The notes beneath the pieces are model-generated. The model searched no databases and was not told the DNA's origin. It saw only the letters and a program-made list of their open reading frames with translations. 64,000 bases of DNA from Elsinoe ampelina (lineage: Eukaryota): contig ML992510.1 of the NCBI GenBank assembly GCA_010093995.1, positions 447,504 to 511,503 on the forward strand, read 5' to 3'. A program made the position numbers and the translations under genes. Below are positions 52,402 to 64,000 of this stretch, piece by piece (position 1 is the first letter of the stretch; each line of letters opens with the position of its first letter).

Positions 52402-53319
52402 CTACGAGTAGAGATCTACCTCTGAGTCAACCTTGCAGACAGGGCGGGTGAGAGGACCGGAGAGAAGCCTCGCGGGGACGCTCGAAAGCAGACCAGCAGG
52501 GAGGCTCGAAAGTAGACCGGCAGGGACGCTCGAGAGTAGACCAGCAGGGACGCTCGAGGAAAGACCAGCAGGGACGCCTGAAAGAAGACCAGCAGGGACG
52601 CTCGGATAACGACCAGCAGACAATCCAGCATCCAAGTCGACAGATGTGTTAGGGATCTCCTCAGCAGATGGGTCCAAAAGTGAGCAAGCAGATAGACACA
52701 ATAATAGTCCACTAATGAGGTTCGGAGGTGACACCGGCGATAGAGCGATGAATGAGCCGGCAACATGATGGAGTGTTACCGCAGCGAACCGTTTGCCACT
52801 GGATACAGCATACCAGACTAGCCAGCTTTCCTCGATACCGTGGCAGATGCGTCCAGCTACGGGACAAACAGATACAAGCGTGTGTCCTAATAGTGCCTCA
52901 GGAACCATAGTGAGATCGTGTAGGCTTGACGAGAGCCTGATCCAGAATAGCGTGCCATCATGAAGCAATTGCTTTCCCTGCCATAGACACAGACTGTCGA
53001 ACGCCGGTGAAGAAGAGGTCACATTCAGCGACAGTGACAAGAGATTGGCAAGTTCTAACGAGGTTTTTGGTTAAAGTTGCCCCCGATTCACACACGGACT
53101 TGACAAAAGTGCCGCTGACAAACCAGGGCTTTCCTTATCTAAAAAGACGCTATCTGAACTCCGTCTCTCCACTTCCCGCGACACAGATCTTACAGGCCCG
53201 CCAGCTGTGCCCTGTAATAATGCCGCATTGTGTACTTTGTGGTCGACCAGATTGTTCAAAACGGTCAGAACGTGAGGACAACACGCGACGCTCACCTTGC
53301 CCGTTGAACTTGACCACAA
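52402..53319 (-). pseudogene. Possible decayed gene of unknown function with an 8-aa repeat (SVPAGLLS)
   Basis: ORFs 53,071-53,319 and 52,402-53,040 share a frame and are separated by one TAA. 24-bp tandem repeat at ~52,474-52,620. No recognisable domain. Confidence 0.3.
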
Positions 53320-53762
53320 CGGTAGACCAACCTCAGCTTCAGTTTTCGACTACACCTCTAGTATGAAGTAAAAGCAATGCTAAACAAAACTCACACACAA
53401 TATCTGACGCATGGAGATATGTAAGTCGATGTCGTGCATACTTGTGATTCTTGTCGTACGACGCTATGCTGTTCATCTCTTCTCTTTGCTCTTCTAGTGC
53501 TGCCACCATCGAGATCGCGCGTAGGTGTTTCGCCGTTTTCTCCCAGCCTCTACCAAGTCAGCACTGTCATCGCGTCTTTGTCGCTCGGAATAGGCGTGCG
53601 TTACCGTGTTTGGCGCCATCACGATGGGCTGGGATAATGTCTCCAGCCTCGAGTTGATAAGCGCCTGGATGTCCAGTGTTATCGATGGAGCAGTCTCGGA
53701 TTCAGCCCCTTCGCCATCTCAGCACAGTCTGGACACTGTATATCGACAACGAACATAGCATA

Positions 53763-55154
53763 ATGCACAATCTCAATTCTTTGGCGCTGGCAGCCGCATC
53801 TCTCTTCGCCACTGCTAGTGCACAGGCATGCACGCAATCTGGCGGCAACTGGTATTGCAACCAAGTCGACGCCGTTTCGTATCTCAATTTTGGCACTTCT
53901 GGGACCTATGATCGGGTAACCTACATGAATGAGGTGACCGGCGAGTGCAAGAAAGACAAGACTGCCTATGGCGGTGCCATTGGTCCATTCGACGAGGAAC
54001 TGAGCATACACATTCGCGGCCCATTCTCGCTCAAGCAATTCGCCTTCTACACACCGGCCTCGATATCCAAGAGAGACGAATCTGGACCGAGTCGACGAGA
54101 CCTAGAAGAACGTGCTCTTGCGAATGTCGCATGTCCCAAAGCCAATCAGACCACCGTTACCATCAGTGGCAAGACCTTCCGCATAGAATGCGGCATGGAC
54201 CGACAAGGCAACATTGGCACATCCAACCAGCCCAACTTCGCCTCCTGCATCAAGGACTGCGCCAAGACCACCGGCTGCACCCAGGTCAGCTTCACCCCCA
54301 AGAACAAAACCTGCTACCTCAAATCCACCTCCGCCCCTCTCCACCCACAAGACTACATCCGCGGCGTGCGCGGCGCCCAACTCATCTCCCCACTCGGCAA
54401 CAACAAAGCCACCACCCCCAAAACCCAACCCACCTTCACCCGCCGCTCCTACTACAACTCGGCCTCGCAGATCTCCTCCGGGCTCACCTTCCTCAACAAC
54501 ATCGGCGGCGGCTCCTTTCCCGGCATCTGGTCCCCCAAATTCGGCAACTCCCTCAGCTACGCCTCCCCCTCCGGCCTCCTCCCGGCCCTCTCCCCACAAA
54601 TCCTCTCCGACACCGTCCTCCCGTCCACCTCGGAAATCTCCCTCTTCACCGCCCTCCCCTGCTCCCCGACCCACCCCTGCCCATACACCCGCCCCTCGTC
54701 CGTCGCGTACCACGGCTTCTCGGGCGCCGACAAAATCTTCCTCTTCGAGTTCAGTATGCCCCACGACTACGCCGGGGCGGACATGCCGGCGCTCTGGTTC
54801 CTGAACGCGCAGATCCCGCGCACGCAGCAGTACGGCGGGTGTAATTGCTGGGGCAACACGGATGGGTGCGGCGAGTTGGATGTCTTCGAGGTCTTGACCA
54901 AGGGCGAGGAGAGGATGTTGAGTAGTGTCCATGGGCATCAGGCGGCGACGAATCCGAATTGGTTTGTGAGGCCGGTCAGGGGGACGATGAAGGGGGCGGT
55001 GGTGTTGAGGGGGAGGGAGATGCATGTTAAGAGGTTGGATGATGGGTTTGAGTTTGGGACGGGGTTGACGGGGGAGGAGGTGGAGGGGTTGGTGGCGGTG
55101 GGGTTGCCGTGGCTGGAGGAGGGGAGGGTGGCGAAGATGGTGTTGCCGAATTGA
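53763..55154 (+). CDS. Secreted Tos1/YJL171C-like cell-wall protein (putative glucanase) with an internal PAN/Apple-like module
   Basis: Signal peptide; GGNWYC, PFDEELSIHIRGPxxLKQFAFY, FGNSLSYA, KIFLFEFSMP, DMPALWFLNAQIPRTQQYGxCxCW, GCGELDVFEVL. Confidence 0.9.
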   Translation: MHNLNSLALAAASLFATASAQACTQSGGNWYCNQVDAVSYLNFGTSGTYDRVTYMNEVTGECKKDKTAYGGAIGPFDEELSIHIRGPFSLKQFAFYTPASISKRDESGPSRRDLEERALANVACPKANQTTVTISGKTFRIECGMDRQGNIGTSNQPNFASCIKDCAKTTGCTQVSFTPKNKTCYLKSTSAPLHPQDYIRGVRGAQLISPLGNNKATTPKTQPTFTRRSYYNSASQISSGLTFLNNIGGGSFPGIWSPKFGNSLSYASPSGLLPALSPQILSDTVLPSTSEISLFTALPCSPTHPCPYTRPSSVAYHGFSGADKIFLFEFSMPHDYAGADMPALWFLNAQIPRTQQYGGCNCWGNTDGCGELDVFEVLTKGEERMLSSVHGHQAATNPNWFVRPVRGTMKGAVVLRGREMHVKRLDDGFEFGTGLTGEEVEGLVAVGLPWLEEGRVAKMVLPN

Positions 55155-55309
55155 GTGCGGGGGGGGATATGTGTGATGAGGAATGAGTTATGAGAGATAC
55201 CCGGATTATGATGTTGATCATGTTGCTTTTGATGGTATTGAGCTACGACTAGCTACGCACTTACTGCGAAGGGTATAATTTTCCCTCTTTACTTCCTGAT
55301 CACGAACAT

Positions 55310-56438
55310 CTATTGATGCCCGCTGATAGCTCTCGGCTTGTACAGCTCCTCCAACTTCTTCACCTCCTCGTCCGTCAACTCCACCTTGTTCGCCTCCAAC
55401 GCCTCGTCGATCCTGTCCACCTTACTAAACCCAACAATCGGACTCGTCACCTTCTTGTTGATCCACGCCAACGCAACCTGACTCATCTTCACACCCTTCT
55501 TATCCGCAATCTCCTGCACTCGATCAATGATACTCTTATCCACGTCTGAGGTACCCAGATCATTGAACATTGGCATTGTGTTCTTTGCTTCACCGTCGGA
55601 GCGGGCGGTGCCTCGCTGAGCGCTGGAAGGGCGCGCGAGATAGCCTCTGCATAACGGCGACCAAGGAATGAGACCAACACCAGTGGCGTTGCAGTAGGCA
55701 TTCATTTCGCGTTCTTCTTCACGGTAGAGTAGGGAGTAGTGGTTTTGCATGGAGACGAATTTCGTCCAGTTGTGCTTCTCGGCGCTGCCTGGGGTCAGAT
55801 ACTCGAAGCGAAAAGAAGGGAGAGGAAACATACACTGCTTGCATCATGGCAAATTGCCAGGTCCACATGGAGCTGGCGCCGATGTAGCGTACTTTGCCAG
55901 ACTCGACGAGGTCGTGGAGTGCTTTCATTGTCTCTTCGATGGGCGTCGTAGGGTCGTATCGGTGGATTTGGAGGAGGTCCATGTAGTCGGTGTCCATGCG
56001 CTTTAAGCTTGCGTCTACTGCCTTGAAGATAGCGCCACGTGAAAGCCCACCCTTGTTGACATAGTCCTTGTGATTGGCGATCTTTGCGCCATATGCGATG
56101 GTCCTGGTACCTGGGTCCTCACCAACGTAGCCATAGCATTTGGACAGAATCACAACCTTTTCCCGGGGGATGTTGTATTTCTTGAGTGCCTTGCCAATGA
56201 TCTCCTCTGATCTGCCATTGCTGTAGACATTGGCCGTATCCCAGGTGTTCAGACCCTTGTCGTAAGCTGCCTTCAGTACTGGTAGAGACTCCTCCTCTGG
56301 TAGAATCCAATCGATCCATGCTGGGTCGCCAAATGACATGGCACCCAGAATCGGGACAGAGACACGAAGTCCAGAGCTACCGAGACGACGATAAACTGTC
56401 TTGTTCTCGTCAATTGACTGTTGGATTGGATCAGACAT
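55310..56438 (-). CDS. Aldo-keto reductase (aryl-alcohol dehydrogenase-like); intron 55,785-55,833
   Basis: [66 protein letters not shown]. Confidence 0.95.
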
Positions 56439-57057
56439 TGTGGATCAATTTGGTGGTATTCGTGGTGAGCTTGGACGTTGTGTCTCGAGCGATTGAAGGG
56501 TAGAAGAAAGAGGAGAGCATCCAGCGCTGCCTTATATAGCTGTCACCTACTGGTCACCACCTGAATTGGCCACAGCTGTTGGAGATTTCCAGCTGGTCGC
56601 TGGCCATTACCCCGCCGCGCTCAATATCGGCGTTAATGCTTAGCTCCATTTTGCCGAGCCGGGATCGTGTCTATCACCGGCTGTTCACACCGTGCTATTT
56701 CGTAAGCGGGACAAAGAGCTCACTGAATGTCTGAAAGGAGACCTCAATTGATAAGAAAAAGAAGTTGGATGTCGAAAAGATCAAGCTAAACAGGGCAGTG
56801 CCAATCCTCCAGGTCGACTCAAACACCGCCGAGCTTGAGCTTGTTGCCCTGAGCTTGCAGATGTGGGGTCCCTGACATCAGGAACTTAATGCATGTCGGT
56901 CCGAGAGGGGCAACTCAACATCCATGAGGGTGAACTGGTCATGCCATCGCCGCTTTCCCGTCAGCCGACAGGCCTTCAGTACAAGATACATAACAATCGA
57001 ATCTTGAATGTGCGTTGAGCGGCTGTCTTCGTTTGCCATCTTCCAATTGCCAGCAAC

Positions 57058-59078
<2,021 letters not shown>

Positions 59079-59565
59079 CCAGTGAGCTTGACGGAAGGCA
59101 ATTTATAGAGAGCTTCACGAGCTCATAGACCTAGAACCCAGTCAGTCGCATGTCAAACCAATTACTCTTCACGTGTATGATTGCAGTTATCGTTCAGATC
59201 AAGTGTAGTGAAAATTGAAGTCTTCCGGCGGCCACCGAAGCGACCATCTGATTTGCAGAATTCTTTTGACATCCTCACGGCAGTATGAAAGGGGGGAAAG
59301 ACTTACATGTGAAATCATAGTGTTATAATACCGTCAGCAATTAATAACGCGGCTAGTTTGACGAAAGTTATGGGTAGAAGTAATGGATAAAAGAGGATAC
59401 ATTGTTAAAGGAAGAAAGAGCGACTTCGCGCGGGCGATACATGCGCACGGACCAACCAGAACCTCGCAGACACAAACTCCCTTCCATCAACTTGCGCTAT
59501 CCTCCCAGCATACAGCTCAAACCATTGGAACTTCGTGTCCGCGGAGGACTCAACAATCGCGAGCC

Positions 59566-60873
59566 ATGTCCTCGCCTCCCGACTCACCACTCTCATCCAT
59601 TGGATCAGATGATGGTCACGCAACACCACTTACTGGCGCAGAATCGCGCTCAGGTCTCCTCGATACTCCCTCGCATCCACACCGTCGCATCTCCGATGTC
59701 TCCCACGATGACGCCTCTCACCCTGCAAAACGCCGAAGACTCGATGAGCCAATAGACTTTGACGACGACATGACTCAAATATCCGAAGACAGCTTTGGCA
59801 GCGCACCTGGATCTCCATCAGCGGGAGAATACGCTCTCCGCTCCGAAGCTGTCACGAGTTGTCAATGGGAAGGCTGCACTATCGGTGACCTCGGAAACAG
59901 TGACGCTTTGATCGATCATTGTCAGCAAGAGCATGTTGGGATCAAACGCGCAAAGTACACTTGCGACTGGGGAGACTGTGCCCGGAAAGGGATGAACCAT
60001 CCGTCCGGCTATGCACTCAAAGCACACATGCGATCCCACACGAAGGAGAAGCCTTTCTTCTGCGCCCTTCCCGAATGCGATCGCAGCTTCACCCGTTCAG
60101 ATGCGCTCGCGAAGCACATGCGTACTGTACACGAGCCTGAGCCGCCCAAAGCAAGTCTCACGAATGCAAACCCTATCGACCCAGCGACAGGACAGCCGAA
60201 AAAGGGACCAAAGTTACGGCTCATGAACGGCAGCAAGTCGAGCAATACACCTGCGCTCACAGCAGACAAGAATCCTTTGAATGCAGGGCTGAGTCCGGGC
60301 GATCCGAATTGGGATCCGAGTCCGCCGAACGACAATATACGATACACACCTGCACATCATCCTGTCACTGGCCAGCCTGGGTTCTTGATTAACTATCCCC
60401 CAGACATTCACTTCTCTCACTACGAAAGTGAAATACCTGCCGATCAGCTCATGCAACTTCTGATACGGCAAGTGAGCTGGGCTGAAGAGGAAGGACGAGA
60501 GCTGGAGAAGGAGATCGAGGACTTGGAGCAAATCAAGAGAGAAGAGTGGGTCAAGAAAGAGGCGCTACTAGAAGGTGTCATGGAGGCGGAGTTACAAACA
60601 GGCGAACAACGCGGTGTCGTAAGAGGAAGGATGAAGGAAGATCTCCAGAAGGACTTGAGAAGCGAGAAGGTCAAATGGGACAGGGAACCCGATTGGAAGC
60701 GACGCGCCGGCATGCAGGGTCTCCCAGCAGAACTCCCATACGGCAGAAGCGAGGAGATCGACATCGATAAAGAGAAGGAGCGACGAGAAACCCAAGCCAA
60801 CAGCCTGGCAGATGGTGAAAAAGCAGACATGATGGCCGTGGGCGCCCTCATGGGTCTCAGCGGTGCATCATAG
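59566..60873 (+). CDS. C2H2 zinc-finger protein, Iec1-like (INO80-associated in fission yeast)
   Basis: CxWxxC fingers; SGYALKAHMRSHTKEKPFFCALPECDRSFTRSDALAKHMRTVH; C-terminal coiled coil. Likely start MSSPPDSPLSS. Confidence 0.8.
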   Translation: MSSPPDSPLSSIGSDDGHATPLTGAESRSGLLDTPSHPHRRISDVSHDDASHPAKRRRLDEPIDFDDDMTQISEDSFGSAPGSPSAGEYALRSEAVTSCQWEGCTIGDLGNSDALIDHCQQEHVGIKRAKYTCDWGDCARKGMNHPSGYALKAHMRSHTKEKPFFCALPECDRSFTRSDALAKHMRTVHEPEPPKASLTNANPIDPATGQPKKGPKLRLMNGSKSSNTPALTADKNPLNAGLSPGDPNWDPSPPNDNIRYTPAHHPVTGQPGFLINYPPDIHFSHYESEIPADQLMQLLIRQVSWAEEEGRELEKEIEDLEQIKREEWVKKEALLEGVMEAELQTGEQRGVVRGRMKEDLQKDLRSEKVKWDREPDWKRRAGMQGLPAELPYGRSEEIDIDKEKERRETQANSLADGEKADMMAVGALMGLSGAS

Positions 60874-60925
60874 CAGTCGAGCAGTCATAGACAAATTCAT
60901 GAATCAACCACGACCTAACGACCCT

Positions 60926-61628
60926 TCACCTTTGCTTCCTCTTATCAGCCTCTACATTCTTGAACGGAAACCCACTCGTGCGCTTATCCGCCCCGGTCCG
61001 CTTGGAGATATGCCCCGGCCCTTGGCCGAACATGAGCAGTAGCATCCCGCTACTAGCTAGAATTAGATGTATCGCGCTCCCAATCGTCAGCCACGCTGAT
61101 GATAACGCGTGGCTGTAGCTGTATGTGTAGAGCATGACGCATGATGCCGTGTTGTAGAGGAGTGTGGCGTAGATTGTTGGCGTGGCATCTGCAGCAACGT
61201 AAGTACCGCCCGTTGTTCGCTGCACGTGACCTTGTAGGCCGGGCGTGTAAAGGGGGGAAGTGGGCCTTACATGGGCTGTTCACGTCCGCTTGTGCCGACT
61301 CGGCGAAGATGGCCTGGAGTTCGCCTGAGAAGAGGAGGTTGAGGAAGGAGATGAGGAGGAGGGAGAATGCGAAGGAGCGGGCGAGGAAGGTCTCGAGGGC
61401 TGGGGAGGGGGTTAGCAGGGGGCGTGAGGGGGAGGAGGTGGTGGTGGGTGGCTTACAGGTCACGGTTCTGGGGTCGGGGGAGAGCATCCATACTACCATG
61501 CTTGGGGCGAGGAGGAGGAGTCCTGCTTGGATGGCCAGGTAGCTTGATATGGCGCGATTGTAGAGGCGGATTGCCTGGTGGATTAGCGTGGGTCTGGACA
61601 TCAAGGGCAAAGGATGGCTCACGTCCAT
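60926..61628 (-). CDS. Small multi-pass membrane protein of unknown function (about 3 introns)
   Basis: ATGGAC|GTGAGC start, hydrophobic exons, C-terminal GHISKRTGADKRTSGFPFKN. Confidence 0.75.
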
Positions 61629-62273
61629 TGTGTTATAGGTGTGTCCTCGAGCCTGTCGTCTGTGTGGGAGCAAGCGCTGCACTGTAGGTATGTAGAAGCT
61701 AATTGCAGATCGGATATATTTTGGTGAGGTCTAGCTACCTGAGTAGCTGCGGTGCAGGTTGAGCACGTGTCGTCGGCTTCTGACGTCACAGGTCTTGCGG
61801 CTCAATTGGACCTCAGACCCCCTGCAGAAGGTCACTTCATCCGCCATCATATCTGCCGTCTAAATGCACCGGTCATAACTTGAAGGAGTCCGTCCACTTT
61901 CTCAATTTAGCGAGTTGCTCCATGCCGTTCCTCTTATTTGACCTTCCTTCCCAAGCTTGTCCAGGCAAGTATAGTACCTGATTACTGAGCGGCGTTCCAT
62001 CTCGCATTTCTTGTTTTGTAATCATCAGCTCCGACTGGTCTATATCGAGCATACCCTTATACTTGCACGAGTCAGCAGACCAGAGTGCTCGGTCGCTTAC
62101 GTTGGACTTTGTTGATGATCACAAACTCAAGTCGGAGACTTTTGAGTGGAGCTGTACTAGCTTTGAGAGCTTATAGACAAGGGTCTTTGGCGACTATCAT
62201 CCAAAGCTCTTTGTGCAGGAGACATCTCACTCACATTCCCGATCACAGAGGTTCCCAAAGATTGCTCGCCACC

Positions 62274-63173
62274 ATGCCTGATCTGGACGCAAATCAGGGA
62301 GGTGATCCGAACAAGAAGACGTACAACAAGAAAGCAACCGGACTGGCCCTCAAAACAGCAGAATCTCACCATGCAGACCACGAACTAAAGCTCTTCGGAA
62401 GCTGTTTCTGCCCCTTTGTGCACAGAGTTTGGATATCTTTAGAGCTCAAACAGCTAGCCTACCAGTATGTCGAAGTCGATGTGTATAGGAAGCCAAAGTT
62501 GTTACTAGATGTCAACCCGCGAGGTCTTGTGCCTGCTTTACGACATGGGGACTGGGGGTGCTATGAAAGTACAGTTTTGATGGAGTATTTGGAGGACCTG
62601 GGGGAAGGAGAGCCTCTGCTGCCAAGCGATCCGAAATTGCGGGCTGTCTCGAGACTGTGGTCAGATCATGTGTGTCATGGTGTAGAGAAGACTGAGAGGA
62701 TATGCTGATCATGACAGATCAACCGTCACATCATTCCGAACTTTTACAGATATCTCCAAGCACAGACAGAGAAAGAACAGATCGAGCATGGAGAGGACTT
62801 CAAGAACCAGATCACCAAGATAGTCGACGCCGCAGACGACAAAGGACCATTCTTCCTAGGAAAGCGGATGACCTTTGTCGATGTGCAATTCGCACCGTGG
62901 GTTGTACGAATGCGCCGGGTGCTCAAACCGTATCGTGGCTGGTCCGATCCGGAGAGCGGCAGTCGCTGGGCAAAGTGGGTGGATGCTATCGAGAGTCACG
63001 ATGCGGTTAAGAACACCACAAGTGATGACAAGCTATACTTGGATAGCTATGAGAGATATGCAGGTATGTCCAGCACTCCTTCAAGAACTATGGTCACTGA
63101 TCTACGAATAGAGAATAGGCCGAACACAAGCGAAGTGCAGAAAGCTATCGACTCTGGAAAGGGCCTACCCTAA
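62274..63173 (+). CDS. Glutathione S-transferase (CPF motif); introns 62,670-62,717 and 63,064-63,111; upstream in-frame ATG at 62,115
   Basis: LKLFGSCFCPFVHRVWISLE, VNPRGLVP, YESTVLMEYLED, GPFFLG..TFVDVQFAPW. Confidence 0.92.
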
Positions 63174-64000
63174 GTCACCCGTATCACGTTGGTAGATACC
63201 GGTTGAATGATTATGAACTTCCAAATGGTCCAGGTCCTACCCGACCCGATCGCGGTCACATGACCTGCAGACGTATGGTCGGTATGATCGGCGTTTCCAC
63301 AGAGCACTGGGTATTGCCCCAGAGGTGAATAGTGTATGAACTTGCGAGATGGATCATGCATTCACATGGCGAGATCCAGCATTGTCCTTCATTTCACTTT
63401 GTATTCATCTGGGGTAGTCTTCACATGCTGCGATCGCCATTGCTGCCTGATCTAGAGATATATAATCACCTCACTACCACACAGCAGGACACCATGCCTC
63501 ACACACTTCCCACGACTACCTGCCCCATCGATTCCCGTTACCCTCCTGACACCGACTACTTCGCTGGACATCTTAGATACTACCACGGCGCCCATGGAGC
63601 TTGAGGATGTTGACAATCAACACAGACAGGACGGCGACAGTGCTGACACACAAGATGATACGAGGACTGGGAGAACTTTGCCTCCAGACCTCATGGTAGT
63701 TCGTGACCACCAGTCTCGCGAACATGTAGTTCCTGTGGCGAGGTTCTTTGGGTCCGGTTGGGACGAGATCATTGTCAGAGGTTACCAATCAACAGTACTA
63801 TGACCACTCACTGATATGACCCAGAAACAATCGCATCTGGCAGATCTACCAGACCACTGCGTCTAGCCATCACGCTTCGGTCTGACCAACAGAATGGGAT
63901 CCGCCGCCTGCTGCACCTCCTCGACACTCCTTTCAAAGGTGCTATCGTCGGCCACGCTATCGGGTGCGGTTGTATGACTCAGGCTATCATTGCCTCGCGG

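Noticed and set aside
63330..64000. Possible gene start at the window end
   Set aside because: Could not build a consistent spliced frame or recognise a domain.

Overview
Eukaryotic DNA from a filamentous ascomycete (spliceosomal introns, RIP signature). Bases 1-28,100 form an AT/TpA-rich block inactivated by repeat-induced point mutation (RIP). It resolves into nested LTR retrotransposons: one minus-strand Ty1/Copia host (5' LTR about 28,098-28,239) carrying three copies of a ~7 kb Ty3/Gypsy chromovirus and one other Copia element, three of the four insertions with both LTRs and matching 5-bp target-site duplications (TSDs). From ~28.2 kb the sequence is gene-dense: a divergent PCMT plus guanylate kinase pair, a frameshifted F-box-like gene, IES1, DED1, cyclophilin B, mitochondrial S13, pyruvate carboxylase, a Xi/omega GST, a Tos1-like protein, an aldo-keto reductase, a GH13 alpha-glucosidase, an Iec1-like C2H2 protein, a membrane protein and a second GST. 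A decayed island at ~47.8-53.4 kb holds 19-bp minisatellites, a palindromic iteron-like array and a SNF2 pseudogene. Best leads: that island, the PCMT-GUK pair, an antisense Zn-cluster/coiled-coil ORF in the chromovirus, alternative donors that switch cyclophilin B from HNEL to a TM tail, and recurrent C-to-G skew switch points. All calls are by eye; no searches were run.
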